Assembly: GCF_964204645.1 (NCBI RefSeq)
Contig: NC_134029.1
Location: 7,068,001 to 7,132,000, forward strand
Source: Tubulanus polymorphus
Taxonomy: Eukaryota; Animalia; Nemertea
DNA: 64,000 nucleotides
Direction of reading: 5' to 3'
Positions 24,738 to 39,501 of the stretch are shown here, one piece after another (position 1 is the stretch's first letter; every line of letters begins with the position of its first letter). Under the pieces are notes generated by a model. It saw only the letters and a list, made by a program, of their open reading frames with translations, was not told the DNA's origin and searched no databases. A program made the translations under genes and the position numbers.

Positions 24738-25452
24738 TCGCTCACGGCGTGTAGACCTGTACGCGCGTCTACTTTGGCGGGTGCTCCATCAGCAAACGGA
24801 TAAAGAGACTGAAATGTGAAAGTATTACAAGCCTGTTCTTTTTTCGGACGCCTCGGTGAAATAAGGGCGTATATTTACGAGAATGACTTATATCCTGGGG
24901 AAATCGAAAAAAAATACCAGGAACAACCGCTTCGTCAGACTGAACCCAGAGGTGTCAATGCATTAACGGCATTTTCTTGATTCACTGAATCACAGTGACG
25001 TAGATATACTGTCAAACCGGTGTTATTAATCGCATATCTCTTCACTGTTTTAAGGATGATAACGGATGACACTTTTCGCAGTAAAAGACATGATAAATTG
25101 AGACATCTCCATCGGGACGTTGTTCTATCTGACACGTTCGTTACGAAAGGCGCGTAATTAAATTTCTACTTTTAAAAATAGCCCCGACGTATAGTCTACG
25201 GTTGTTTTATTCAGTAGAGCGAGGCGTTCGTCTCATCACCCCGGAACTTCCGTCGATGTTACAGGTCACGCTTGCATCCCCAAGGGACCCGAAAAACTAC
25301 CAACATCACCAAATACGAATGAATAAAATATCAATTTCATCGAAAGAAAAGTCTTTTTTTTCGGTTTGCGAAGTGAAAAGAGCGGCCGATTAAATATAGG
25401 GCACTAACCTACTGAAATGTCAAATTTAAGTCAGCGTGACTGCATAGTTATA

Positions 25453-25745
25453 CAGGGTGTCTCAGAAAATGTGTTACCGAGGCTTTAGGATTAATCATTC
25501 ATTAAATCAGATTGAAATTAATTTTTTGGAGAGGATGGAATATTGAAATGCAATGATATATCCTTGCTTGGATGAGCACTTCTTGCGTCTTTTTGAATGG
25601 CTATGAAAATGGTCTTGAACCAAAGCAATAAATATTAAAGAATTGTTGCATCGTGTTTATTGTTAAATGATCACTTGTCATTTAAATTATAGTTAATGAA
25701 TAGTCAATCTTAAAACTTCGGTAACACATTTTATGAGACACCCTG
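25453..25745. mobile_element. Tc1/mariner-type MITE
   Basis: ta|cagggtgtctcagaaaatgtgttaccga...tcggtaacacattttatgagacaccctg: long TIRs. The right-hand TA is displaced by the adjacent insertion. Confidence 0.85.
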
Positions 25746-25854
25746 GACCCAGTTCCTTCCACAGTTGTAAGTTAAGATTTGACCCCGAGTTAAAACATTG
25801 AAAATGAACTAATCTTAACTCAGAGTTAACTCTCACCCACAACTGAACCGGATC
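25746..25854. mobile_element. Harbinger-like MITE inserted into the end of the Tc1 MITE
   Basis: ctg|gacccagttcc...gaaccggatc|ctg ta. The CTG duplication restores cacc-ctg-ta when the insert is removed. Confidence 0.65.
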
Positions 25855-26698
25855 CTGTATTATTCCGATAAAAGTAACCGTTACACAGCATCAATGAACC
25901 AGCTCATTTAATGGATATGTACCAATAGCAAACAATTTCGTTAATTATTCATGTAATTAATTGTTCCACTCTAATGAGTAGTATGTATAAACGTACATAC
26001 AATAAAAACCATCAATCTTTGATAGTTGTAACATTGCCGGTTACGTTTTCCATTCGTAATGCCAAATGAATATTGCCCCCGTTAAGAATCATGGGAACAT
26101 GTCGATTTTAGTAATTTCATGCCCATATAAAGAAAGATCTATATAGACAGCTCGAGCCTAGTGCGTATAGAACACTTCCAAAAAAGCTCATTGCCTCAGT
26201 AAAAAATTGCAGATGCGGTTATCATTATCGCGGTGACGTCTAATCAATTATACTAATTAGCAATTGGTTTTGAACCGAGCTAATTGTTAATGAATCAAAT
26301 GAAATTGATGTTGTGGGACATATACGGAGGAGACAGACATCTTTTCCGTGAAATAAACTGTATGACAGGTCCAGGCCGATGATATTGGTGTTTTCTGTTA
26401 CAGTTTCTCAGTAGGCTAGCATCTAACATTCCCTTCTTCGTCAAAGGAAAATGAAAACATTGCACTCAAATAGCACAATGAGCATTGACTAAGTTTGATC
26501 TATATACCAAATATCAGCACACCTATCGTGAAAACCATAGTATACTAAGACATACTTTACTACCAGCCACGACAACACAGCTGCAATTTTTTCTAAAGCT
26601 GCTTATTTTCGAAGCCACCTCATTTTGATATACCCGTAAACCAAAATATGTCCCCGCGCTTCGAAGTCGAAACATTCTTGTTACGGAATGTTCGGAAC

Positions 26699-26881
26699 TT
26701 TTTTTTTACACCCTCAACCCGCTAGGCGCCATGCAGGGCATTCTAAGTGGGTTCGATGTTTCTTTTTCCCAATGGAGGAGAGACCAGAGAAGAACATTCG
26801 ACCAAGAAACTCTGTCGCCACCATAAAACCTGAATTGACGAGACCAGTGACCGGCGGCTTAGACCACTCGGCCACTGCACC
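26699..26881 (-). mobile_element. tRNA-derived SINE with A-tail and 12-bp target-site duplication
   Basis: Minus strand begins ggtgcagtggccgagtggtctaagcc (A-box / tRNA D-arm) and ends gtgt-A8. Flanked by ATGTTCGGAACT at 26688-26699 and 26905-26916. Confidence 0.75.
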
Positions 26882-27719
26882 TTTCCAACTTAGTCAATGC
26901 TCATATGTTCGGAACTCGGTCTGAGGATATACAAATTGGCCAAGTCACGACTTTCACAGATCTGGACAACGACATAACAGAAAGTTTCCGATTCAATGAA
27001 ATGAAATGCAGTTTGTAATGTTTAGAATTACCATATATGTGACTCAGTAAATTTGTTATGTACCGTCTCCGTCGGACTTGTTTGTGTGTTCCAGCGACTC
27101 GCACGCAAACAGTTTTATAGTATCCTCACGAACGACGTATCGTCACGAACTTCGGCTATTATTTGTAAATAAGCAACTTATTTGAGTAAATAAAATGCAA
27201 ATTGTGGCTAATAAAACCCACTGGTATCGTATAACAGCGTGAATGTCAAAACTACGGATATGTAGCAATATGTACTTATAAAGCATTGAATTAATACAAT
27301 TCATACAATCAGCTATTCCTGGACACGTTGACGTTGCAAAAATTAATAACCGTACTCAGATTATCGGGTACAATTTGAAAGAGAAAACCCGGATCACCGT
27401 TATCAACACTTTAGCCCCTTTGAAGATAAACATATTTTCATCGTAAAATGTTCGTTCCTTAGATGAATTCAATTGAGGATTTGTTCGTGGTGTCACGCAA
27501 ATAAGTTGTCAATAATTCAAAATATCAACACGAGATTGTTCTGCTCCTTGCTTTGCATATTTAAGCTGTTGAATATGAAACGAAATATTGAGGCTTGTTC
27601 CGTTCTTCTAGCGCTGTTTGATTATTGACGCGATGGTGGGCTCTAGAGTTCATGGTAGCTTTGTAGGTGACTTTTGTCGAGTCAAAATTCGATGTCCCTC
27701 GCTAGGTCCCACAGGCCTG

Positions 27720-27826
27720 GAGTCAGTTGCGTAGTCACAGCTAGTTCTATAGCCAATCTAACGACTTATGACCATAGTGTTAGAATTTGAGACCACTTAT
27801 GGATTTAAGTTTCGACTATGCAACTG
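27720..27826. mobile_element. Harbinger-like MITE (GGGCCAGTTGCA family), internally deleted copy
   Basis: gagtcagttgcgtagtc...tagttctatagccaatctaac...gactatgcaactgg matches 60161-60291. Confidence 0.7.
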
Positions 27827-28683
27827 GTGGACGTAGCCATAGTAATCAATACCACTAAGTTCAGTTACATTAATGTTCGAATATGTGAAATCGGGTCATA
27901 TCTTTCACATATGAACAATCTTTTATCAAATCCAGAGATAGATTTGACGATGCTTTAAAAGACCATTTTAACTATTTTCTGTAACCAGAACACAATCAAA
28001 TCAAGTAAACAGTAAACCATTATTGAAAAAGGAAAGATACAGATTCGTACGGTTAAGAAATAAGTTTCAAAGACAGCGCTATTTTCCTGACACTCGAAAT
28101 TGTAAGCACATAAAAAGGCCCTAAACGCGAAACAGCATCAATCATCCGAAATAATTCAACATTCGCTGCCGGCGACATTCTGATAAATCTTTTCATTCTT
28201 AGATCACCGTCTTAGTTTATCGTGAAAGGAACGCTTTGCCAGAGCGGCTTACGATTACATAATTTTATTGACGCCTACGTGTTACATTGAAATCATTCAT
28301 GGTTGATTTGCATCTTGAACTTTTTAGGTCGATGAATTTCAACAGCAGCTTTCAGTGACTTGACTTGCGTCATTTTGGATTTCATGAAGCCTTTGGTCGG
28401 CGTGGTTCCGTAATTCCGACCAAAACACCCACGATGTCTTTCTTCAAATATCTTATACCACTTATACATTTTCCCAATTTCCAATGCCGTCTTCACGCCC
28501 GCGACGTCGGTTTTCTTCATTCGGCTCCTACAGCCTTGTGCATATATATTCTATTTTCTTTACAAGTTTCTACAGCCAGGGAATGTTAACTTTGACGCGT
28601 AACGCGCGGCGCTATACCTCGGCTAGGATAATCTGCAGAGAACCACTTCCACCGAGGAACGCGGTTCGTCGAGGGGCGTGCGG

Positions 28684-28955
28684 TCATTCACTGCCTCCTA
28701 ACTCGCGATTTCAAATGAAGTGAAGCATATACTGAAACTGAAAGCGTGCGATCCGATTATCTGAGATTAACTAACCAATGAAAATTGGATTACGACTAAA
28801 AAAGCTTGAAATCCGTTCGCAACGTGTAAATCTACTGCGGCATTAGATTGATCGGCGACACGCTTTCTGCTTCTTTTTCGCAAAACTCGAAACTGAGTTA
28901 GCCCCGTTATATTTTCAACTGACGCAACCGAAGCTGTTCGTCCGAGAGAAAAAAG
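28684..28955 (+). other. Candidate non-coding first exon (possibly the 5'UTR of the GPCR at 51887)
   Basis: CpG-rich upstream stretch, Inr-like TCATTC at 28684 and a perfect AAG|GTAAGT donor at 28956. The GPCR exon has an acceptor at 51819 with no identified partner. The linkage is inference only. Confidence 0.3.
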
Positions 28956-29991
28956 GTAAGTCAATCAGTTAGAGATGGAATTTATCTAAAAAAGAAAACA
29001 GTCTTTTGCGTTGTTTAGTGTTTAGTGAGTTTTCACTGAATTGGTTGATTGAAAAAATGGCATTTACCGATTTGAATTTCTACGAGTTAGTAATACCGAC
29101 GTTTATTGATAGCAACAGTTAACGGAATCCACATGGGTTGCAGAGATGAGAAGCTTAACTATACATGTTTTCTCTTATACGTTGCTTTTTTTGTGTGTAC
29201 CTGGTCATCGCTCTTTTTATGTACGAAAACCGGCTCCGAGTTCAAAATGAAATCCAGCAATACTCGCGGCATGTGATTTGAAAACGAACTAGAAGGGCTA
29301 ATTTTTTTTCTGTGGATAGTTGCATAACTAAATTAGAACGCGTACAATATCTCAGATTTCGAAATTGTTCGCTATATTGATAGAATTAGTGAATTGGATT
29401 AAGTTCCTGACTTTCTTCTAATCTCTATTTATAATTCTTAATATAATTTCTAATCTCTCTTTTCAAGTTTCTTCATATCTCTTAACCGATCTGAACTCGA
29501 ATACGTCATCCCCTATCTGCGCTGACGATCGTTTGAACTTCCTGTTTTTCTTCGAGTTTCCTAAGATGATCGAAAGTCCCGCGGGGTTTCTTGTTTATAG
29601 CCGCGTGAAGTTGAAATGTAAACAACAGCGGCAAAAAAGAACGTTATGAAATTGACGATGTTTATAAATGCTTTGAAGAGAAATATGTCGTATCTCGGAT
29701 ATTTCATAGATGATTGATTTCGCTGCTTAAGCTGTTGAATCTTAACGCGTAGAAACAGTATCTATAAATAATGGTGTTATCGTTTCGACAACAAACATAT
29801 TCGTGATATCGAAGTCAGGTCGGATACATTTAGCGATCAAAAGCCGTCACGTTTCAGACCGAAAGATTCGCACGAATTGATCAATGAAAAAAGAGTGTTC
29901 GACTTCATTTTGAAAATTTTCTTTTATTATTTGACAACAAAAAAAACACTCTATGAATAATTCATAGATTCAATGAAAAAAGGGAGTTCTT

Positions 29992-30100
29992 TATCTTAAA
30001 ATGGGGATTGACCCTGTTGTCTATTTGATTGGTAGATTTGGTTTGATTTTTTTTAAATTTGGTGTCCCTTAAACAAACACCACTACACCTGCCGGGAACA
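29992..30100 (+). repeat. Dispersed ~110-bp repeat family, copy 1
   Basis: atcttaaaat.ggg...tttgattggtagatttggtttgatt...tttggtgtccc...ctacacctg. Also found at 35803-35918 (inverted) and 39938-40038. Confidence 0.75.
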
Positions 30101-31203
30101 AAGCTATATCTATCATAATCGTGTAATAATTGAACCAACTTATTGTTTTCAAGTATAGTGCATGTGCGTCCAGTTTCCCTAGATCTGACGGTTGCAAACG
30201 GACGGTTAATTGAAGTAGGAATACTAATTTGAAACTTGGAACTAAACTTTATTACGTAGATTTCCAAGTTCAAATCATCCTAGGTTTGTCAAACTACTTG
30301 TCTTTTCTCCAAATGGATTATGTGATTTCCATGTATTTGAAAATAATCCGAATTCCCTTGGAACGTACCGATAATCTGAAACAGATGTCTTTATATTTTG
30401 CTATTCCACGTTACTGTGTATTACATCATTAGTTCCATCGCGTTAATTGCTTTTCTGTTGATAACGCAGCAACGGAAAACCTATAACGCCGTTCCGATTC
30501 GTCGTGATAACATCTGAACACAGGATCTTCAGCGAAGAATTTCAGTATTTACAATTTCACACATGACGGCTATAGTGAAGTAAAAACCTATTAAACATCG
30601 CTCGGAAATCTGAAAGTTCCGTTCGCATTAACGATGATTTCGTAGCCTGAAAGTCGATGAAATGCTTTCAGTTCCTTTCCGCCATGACATTCATGTTATA
30701 TAAATATGATCTACCGACGTTTTATTGATTGAGAACAACAGCTTGTATTAATTCCGTGTATCGTGATTATTGTCAATGAACATTCATTTACGCTGTCAGA
30801 ATGCATTTAAATCTGTATAAATCTGTAAATAGATAAGCATATATACATACGTTGTTCTGTCATAATCAATATTATAATCTTGAAAGCATGTTATTAGTTA
30901 GAAGTTGTTCACTATAGATTAACGGATGGGTCACCACACCTACAGTTATAATTAACGGCTTCGTTAAAAGTACTAGCGAGATTAATTTACTTGACTTTTA
31001 TCCTCTATTGAATTGCACTTCTTTTCGCGGATTAGTTCTAGTAGTGATTTTATCAGGTGTTAATGCACCGTGTTTTCTTTTGTACAGTACCGAGTCCGTC
31101 AACTGCCGTGAAATGTGACAAATGAAAACAATTTTGAAAATAGAATACTTAAGAATTCAACGCTCTGTGGTGTAGAACTTTTTTTCATGCGCCCACTTTC
31201 TGT

Positions 31204-31433
31204 GTGGAATCAGTTTTGCAAAAAAGTTAAACTTCATTGGACCAGTTACTCAAAAGTTGGTTAGAGTTAACCAGTGGATATTTGACATAGTGGCAATTAA
31301 AAGTTCATTGTTACTATGGAATTTATCTGCCGGTTATTTCTAACCAACTTTTCAGCAACTGGCCCCATGTTTTCAATTTTCAATGAGGCCAACAATTCAA
31401 CAAACTTTAATCGTTTTGAACTTACTGGACCCC
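31204..31433. mobile_element. Nested Harbinger-like MITEs (inner copy ~31238-31365)
   Basis: Inner ggaccagttactcaaaagttggttag...ctaaccaacttttcagcaactggccc is the same family as 63835-63960. It sits within a more decayed element ending actggacccc. Confidence 0.6.
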
Positions 31434-34400
31434 GGAGGGATTTTGAATAATTCAATATGAATCATTGTTGCTAGATTGTCCCATGTCCCTTGAGGAAAAT
31501 TAATGCCATTCATAGAAGTTCTGATGACTTTGATATTCACGCCAATATATGGCGCGGCGTAATTTTACAGCGACAAGATATAACCTTATCAATTTCCAAA
31601 GGCAACCTGGAAATCTTTTCGGATCTTCTTAAGTCTCGTAAGTCCCCGGGATCGCGTGATGTTGAGGCGACAAACATTTTCATTCGCTGCCGGTATACGC
31701 TTGTGTACACCGCGGCTGCAATCGACGTGTTTCAGTAGGTTAGTGTGTGTGCTTAGCCCTCGCTTTACGAGAAACAATGATCGACAAGATGCGCGCGATG
31801 ACCGGAATTAAGAGCGGGAATTAATAGATGGATCGCATTTACTCGAGTTGTATACAAACACGGTTGTAATAAAATGCGGATAATCGGTAATGCGAGTTGA
31901 GTGATTTGATGTAGAGGCGAATTGTGTCATACCGGCGCGAGCACGAAATGGAGGAGTCGGATAACAGTGCGGATCAATTTCCGGTCTGTCGCAAATCCGT
32001 TGTTTTATTCAATGTCATGAAATTGAAACTGAAATCTATCTGATTATAAGCAGTCACATGATCACGCGCGGATCACTCAGGTGATCAAGTTCAAAGCAAC
32101 TAATTTCCAACGTAGCCGACGATACCAGAAGTCTATAAAATCCAAGCCGTCCTCCTACATTTAGGTACATTTTCCTATCAGTCAGGAGGTCCCCGATTGA
32201 TTTATCATGCGCCGAGACGAAGAGAAACCTTTCGAAAAGAAACGTTCAATTCGAATCGATGATATCTATTTATCTGATTAGACATTTGCCTTCGTCGGGC
32301 CTTGATCGGAGCACATCTGGTGATTGCCAGACTAATGACTCTGGAAATCACGGAAGCTTCCACGTTGAATAGATGATTATTAAAAAAAATAGAGTAAATT
32401 GGATTACACAAGAAAACATGTTGGTGAATTGACCGTCAGAAAAAAAAACAGATAAAGCATGCATGTCTTATCTGAGATCCATTCATATTAGGGTTCCCAA
32501 AAGATAGGACATGTGTATAGAAGGATATCTAATATCCCTTATTATCCCTTAATTAAACAATATCTCTTGATTATCGAATCCAAGCTATTGACATAAACAT
32601 CATATTACTCGAAACTACATCGATTTCTATCTGCAAAATTGACTTTGCGTAGCACGTGTTACTATTGCTCTAACAGCTGCCACGCGCGCATAGTCTTGTT
32701 AACGAATTTTTGTAAACAGCCTTTTCGTAAGGAACGCGATAGGAGGAACTCCACTACAAAGCGAAATACGGCAGCACACAATAGGAATATGAAACGGTCG
32801 GGTCGTTTGATTCTGCAGCTTTGAACGCGACGTGCGAGAAACGGAAATTGAACATTTCAAAGAACAACCAATCACTCAGTCAAGCATCTTATGGCTAAGC
32901 GTTTTGATGGCCTCTTAAGATACGTAGAATTTTGCCCGTCTTTGATTGCCCTTTCTTCGAGCAGATCAGTCGACCGTAGCTCGTGGAACATATCTCTCAA
33001 AATATCCGGTTCAAGTATATAAAAATCAAACACACTACAGCTATCTGAACAAAAATCGACTGAATACGACGAAAAAGAAATGTATATGTACATAAATATA
33101 TAGATCTCGTTAGTAATGAAGCGCCCTGGGGACATGAGAGAGAGAAGAATATTTTCGGAATTAATTTTGACATAATATCTCGGAATAAAATCACCACCCA
33201 AACTAAATTGAAATTATTTTCTTTGAGATATTATGTCAGAATTGATTCTAATTGGTTTTTATTCAATGGGAATTCCCACTCACTACCTGCGATCCTCGTT
33301 AGATTTAAGGAAACTTGAACTTATACAAAAACACCCAGTTATTCAATATGAGTATGAACAACTGTCATAGATGGATGCGTATTTCGATTGAGTCATTCAT
33401 GACCAGAATGACGTTTTTAACGTTTTTGAATCCGGTGAACGAAAAGAAGTCGTCGAACGTAACTCACACCAGCGAGGTTGATTGCGGAATTCAATTTCTA
33501 ACCTTCGTAGTACGAAACAATTCCGAAGAATCTTACGCGAATGCGGTGTGAATTAAATACATTATTCAGTCGAAATAATGTAGAATCGTGGATCTGAATG
33601 AATTAATCAACACAGCTGTAATACTCAGAGGAAAACTGTGACGTCGATTGTTTCACGAATTCAATATTCACGAGGCAAGACTGCAATGTGACTTCTAGAC
33701 TTGATCGATATTCTGAGAAAGGTCAAACTGTTGATCATTTCGTGTTGATTAGGAGGGAATTGATCGCCTGCTTGGGGAATGTGACATGTTCCACTAAATT
33801 ACCACATCTCACGGTTGTCTTGTTGGTGCGAACGTATTTACTTTTGTCCGGACAGGTGATTTCGCCCCCGAATTAGTTTTGTAACATGGGTTATAATTCG
33901 GCTGCGATTAATACAACTGTACCGAAATTCTAGAAAGAAAATAATGATAAAAATGAAAATAACAACTGTTTAAAAGATTAATTTCGTGAGGAGGAATTTT
34001 TCAACGATTCTATTAGCAGTAAGCCATTATAGAAATTAGTCGCTCTTCCGAAGTCGCCGTCATATTCGCTTAGCGCGTCATTACACAAAGTGGTTTCGCG
34101 CGCTTCACAAGTTCAGCGGAATCTATGCTGGGTTCGTGTCGGCAAATGTTAGTTCATCATTTTTCTAATTAATCAAGAATAATGTAATAGCATGGAAAAA
34201 CATTCGCCTTGCTCTTCGACGTATCGTGCCCGGCTGAATCTGTGTAACTGTTCCGTACGCTCAAGCATACGTTTTCGAAGATGAACGACCTTGAGACATT
34301 TCCGGGACGAATCTGATTCATATTTTACATACGAAGGAGAAGACGTGCTTATAGTCGAATTATGATTCACTGAAAATTTTAAGGAAAACGTTTTGGAATT

Positions 34401-35802
34401 TGTAAAAATTCAACCAATTGCGCGGTCACGATATTATGACCTTGACCTTGTTAATAAATATGGCTACCTCCATGAGTGGAAAGTTGTTGGTCAACTTCAA
34501 TAGCATGTCTTGACAACGTCTGTTTTGCTCAACTTTAGAAGCGTTCCTTTCCTTAATCGGCGTTTTACGGCCACTTAACATCTACCTATACATTAGGGCA
34601 ATTTCAGTAACCTTGTTCCCCCTGAATGACGCAGTTACACACAATTTTGAGAAATAGCAGATTCTCCTAAATAACTCCGCTGAGACGTGCAACCAGAGAC
34701 TAAACAGTGGAAACATCATCTCATTTAAGGGGGTATTTTCGATCGGGTCGATGGAACCGGTAATGCTGCGACGCCATAAAATAGACGTATTGCGCTGAAT
34801 TTTCGAATAAGCAATAATCCATGGAAAGCGGCCATGTAGCGATTTATGTATACTAATCGGTGATTCTCATTTTAGAAGATTAGTTATTCTTTATTTTGAT
34901 ATAATCTCCATATACATGAGCGTATAAATTGGGAAATTTACCCGAGGTTTGAAAACGAGTTCACGAGTTTTTAAATGTGTATGATAGATTGTTAATCCTT
35001 ACCGTACGCAAAAATGTATAAATAACACGTCGAAGAGTACAGAAACCTCGATCTTAAAGCTCAACTTTCTCTTTCTTTATTCTATATATGTTCTTTTCGG
35101 TTTATTTTGCACAAGAGATAGAAATTATCAGTCGTAAAAAGCGTTTAACGACGAGTCGAGCCGCGGTTCATTTTATCTCACGTGCAACCTGGGATTTCTG
35201 TCCTTAAATATTACCGGTTAGTAAATCAAAAAGCCTCGCCGTATAATTCCATCTTGCGAATAACGGCATGATTATCCGGAGGTCCCCGGGGTCTAATTTA
35301 CTTTTCGGCGCATTAAGATCCACGTCGTAAAATGCCGGGTCGACTTCGGAAACGCATTCGCCGGATGAACTTCGATCGCGGGACAAATTTCGAAAACTTG
35401 TGTATAAGGCTTGTACCTCGCATACGATAGACATTTTCGTAACGATGTATAACAATATATAAAGCTATCCCCACTAATGATAGGTAAGCTCCCTAATGAA
35501 ACATTTTAGGTATGCAGGTAATGCATAGTTACGTACGATATATCAATGTTAATCATTTTCATCTGATGGTTAGTAGTGTCCAAACTGACAGTTATACTCG
35601 ACGAGACAGAGAATTCCTTTGGCGTGGGCCATTTCGAGAATCCTGTCTAAAGTGGAATACCTGTATTTTTTTCTTATCCGTTTCGATACATTCTTTCCGA
35701 TGGATTCGGCGATGGACTGTGATTTAGTGATAGTAATATCAGTGAGGTATATTTACTTAACGTAAACATATTCTGAGCGAATCGGTAGTCGATGAATCGC
35801 AA

Positions 35803-35918
35803 AATCAAACCCCCTGTTTCGCTCCCAGGTGTAGTAGGTTTGTAAGGTGGGACACCAAACCAATCAAACCAAATCTACCAATCAAAGGAATACGAGGGGA
35901 CGTACCCTATTTTAAGAT
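35803..35918 (-). repeat. Dispersed ~110-bp repeat family, copy 2 (inverted)
   Basis: Reverse complement aligns with 29992-30100, including an exact tttgattggtagatttggtttgatt. Confidence 0.75.
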
Positions 35919-38344
35919 CGAGAAAAGAAAGATGCAAAAATAGGCATGAAACCCCTCGTAGAAACCCGTAGAGATGTCTGTCGTGAATACGTAACAGTTG
36001 CATCTATAGAAGCGGCATACCGGTACTGTGGCTTTTCCCTGCATGTCGATTGAAAAGTATGATGCAGTTTTGAGAGTTTAAAAGCCGAAGTTTAATTAGC
36101 GAAGATTTGATTGGAAAGGAAGGCGATCGTAGGCAGGCGTATGCTCGTTAAAGAGGGTGATGGGTATGGTGACCTGACCGTCGGGAATCCGGTAACGGAA
36201 CGCAGACAGATTCTCCTTTCTGTAGATAATAGATTGGACACACTGTCAGCCATTTATCAGCGACATTCGATTGGATCAAATCAATTTTACATTTACTGGT
36301 ATTTAGAATGGCGCGTATCCCTGGCTGCGTAAATCAACCTTGACGCAAACGCTGTGCTCGATTTAGGAAATATTCAGATTCTCAACCGATCATTGCTTCG
36401 TAAAAAATGTGCATCCGTCCTGGACGAATTGATATTCTACAGCGAAGCGAACCACCAACCAAGAATCACATTAGCCTTGTCTATATCACATTTCACGACA
36501 GCTACGGGTTTTACAATACCCTTAATTCAAAATGTCAATTTGAATTTGAAATTTCAAATCATCTGAGATTAGTAATTTTCATTGGTTTATACATGACGTC
36601 CGCCATCTTCTAATTATTGTCATCGTTCTGGAGCTGAAAAGTAACGTTTTCCAGATTAAAGAAGAAAAGAAATAAAACTCAGTTGATGACGGATCTGGCT
36701 TCAATATACGGAAATCTAAATATCTTTTTGAAATATGGATGTAAGTAACAGTTATAGGTCCGAATGTTTGTAGGATGGGTTCGTAAATATTACCAAAAAT
36801 GATACGAAAATGCTACCGAAGTCTACGACAACATAATGAAATAACTGGCCTCCGTAAAGCTTTGCATCAGTGTGCGCAGTCCCTTTTTACATGATGCAAT
36901 GATTTGGATGCTAAATCAGTCGATGAGGGCTCATAAAAACAGGTGAATGGACCGAGTTACGTCCTGTAGTGCGCCTAATGCCGCTATGTAGGTGGCATGT
37001 TGAGACGATATAAGCATGATTGATCATATTCCGGTCGTGCCGCTGGGGACATCTTGATCAGTGAAATTGACATTTAACCCGGCCATTATAAGTAACTAAA
37101 CTAGAAGTTACTGTCGGGAGACTAGTTACATAATTAACATGTCCTTGGACCAGTCTGCTGCAGAAGAATGGCATTTGCGAATTGCGCCTTACAAGAAAAC
37201 CGTGTTCTTGGGCACTCTAAAATGAAGTATCTATAGTTTGACTACTGTATGCATAAGTTCATTGTCAAATTAAGCGAGGGATTGCAGAAAACTTTACTGG
37301 ATTAAATTAATAAGTTTACAGAAGGCACATGATTGCAGTCACGCCCTTGTATATCGTATTCTGCTTACTAGAACTCGACCAGGCAGTTTTGATTGAACTC
37401 ATGATACAATGTTGTAGTAATCGAACACCGTTTTCGTAATTATTCCATTCCAATATGGTAGCTGCATGGCATGTTTTAACCTCGACTAATAAACGCTTCT
37501 AAGTTTTAATGCGATTCTCTGCGATGCGATGTGTGGCACACTCTTTGCAAATATTCGATTAACTACTGTTCCATCGTATCTCCGTCGATGTTTAATTACG
37601 GTCGGTATGAAATCTTCGATCGCGTCAACGCCATCACGACGCTTCGTATTTTTTGCGGCTCTGATCCTGGCGATCTGAAGATGAAATAAGCGACAAAAAT
37701 TGGTTCATTTTTTTCGGCGGCGGTATACGTAGCGTTATGATGGATACGTCCGTCGGGACACGCAAAATACGTAGTGACGTCATCGGTAGTGTTGTTTGAA
37801 TGCCGCAGCGAAACCCTATTATGGTGAATTCTCGAACAACCTTCGAATCGAATAGCCAATCTTCAGTGATTGAACTCCTGAAACAATTACCTCCTTTATT
37901 TTTGAACAAGTCCTATTGAAATTCTGCCCACGCTATGAGCGACGTTACCCCGTGTTGTGTGTGCGAAGCGTAAACGCGATCAACATTTAACGAATTGATG
38001 GCTTCGATTCATCCGACGATTTGAAAACAAGAAATTCATTGGTGCATTTGAATACCATCTGTGTTAATCATTTGTTTTTCTTTTAACCAGTCATCTTTAT
38101 TTGGAAAACAAAAGCGTATATACGAATATATAAAGTTAACTTCGCCTAAGGTGGCAGTGTAAGGAAGGAAAAATATATATCTAATAAAACTTCAAGGTCA
38201 GAAAAAGTATAGTTATCAATGGTTTACAACGTATAAAACATATTACGAATAATGGTTCCGACTTGATTGGGCACAAATACATTGAGGCAAAGGTACACAT
38301 GATGAAAACCGCGTTTGTGCTTAGTCTTTAAAACCCTCGTATTT

Positions 38345-39260
38345 ATTGACCCACGTAGCAAACTTGCTACATAAATTTTAGGGGCTCAAAAATTGAGGAA
38401 GAAGGTGATTACATCCTCTATTAACCATTGTAGCAAATATGGTACATTTTACTTAGTTCATTCATATGACAACAGATGGCAGCACCTCACAGTGATTACT
38501 CTGACAATGAGTGAAGTTTGCTCAATTCACAGGGACCGCGATGCCATTTTAGCAGCAAATTCAAAATGAAAATTTAGAAGTCCCTTCATGCATAAATATG
38601 TCATTATGCATACCATGTAATGTCTAATACTTGTACAACAACTAGGTATCTCAAATAAAGTCAAGGATTTAGCGATTGAAGGGGGGTCAAAGTTTCTTGT
38701 AGCAAATGTATTACATTGGTAAAAAGCCGAACCCATATGTTAAAAAATATTTTTACAGTTTATGAATTTTGTCGGCATTCTTACTTAGACATATTCCTAT
38801 TAGTTCCAAATAGCATTCTAGTTTGTAATAGTTATCGAAATAAGGTTGAATTGAAAATATTATAGTGCATTTTCAGACACTGGTAGGTGAGGGTCTTTTC
38901 TGAGCTTATGCTTCCCAGTGTGTAAGAGCCTCGATGAAGTCAACGCCACCTCTAAAGAAGCACGTCAAACGTCCATTGCCGACATCCAATATGATAGTGT
39001 AGCTATTTCTAGCCTTGATGAAACAAAGTTACATTGTAATAAGTTGGCCAAATTGGTTCAGTCAGATCAGATGTCCAAATTTTGTTTATAAATCTATGCT
39101 TGAGCAACAACTGAAACTATTTTTTGATATTCGTTAAGAAGTTTATGATACTATTGCAATTTTGCATCTGAAAATGATGATGAATTTGAAAGATATTTCC
39201 TCAAATTTTTACTTTGTTGACCAATGTAGCAAATTTGCAACATTTCAGAAACTAGGTTAA
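38345..39260. mobile_element. Probable decayed non-autonomous DNA transposon (piggyBac-like?)
   Basis: The motif gtagcaaa...(t/a)acat recurs near 38356, 38430, 38700 and 39226. The right end reads aggttaa, and the segment looks CpG-poor relative to its flanks. Confidence 0.35.
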
Positions 39261-39501
39261 ATGGGCCAAAATTTAAGCGTAGCTTATGCAATACTCCGAC
39301 GTCTGATAAGGAAACGAAGCTGTTCATTTGCAGAAATTGCAGAAAAAAATACCTACTCGGATTCTAATCAACGGCTATTGAATGGAGAGAATTTCGTTTA
39401 AATACGTAAGGCTTCTAGTAAGATGCTCTTTGAAGTAATGAAGCAGTACATAACGAGTCACTATCGTCGACAATCATCTCACTCTGTTTGTAGAATGGAT
39501 T

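Noticed and set aside
34173-34370. 65-aa minus-strand ORF behind a plausible acceptor
   Set aside because: No homology recognised and no partner exons established.
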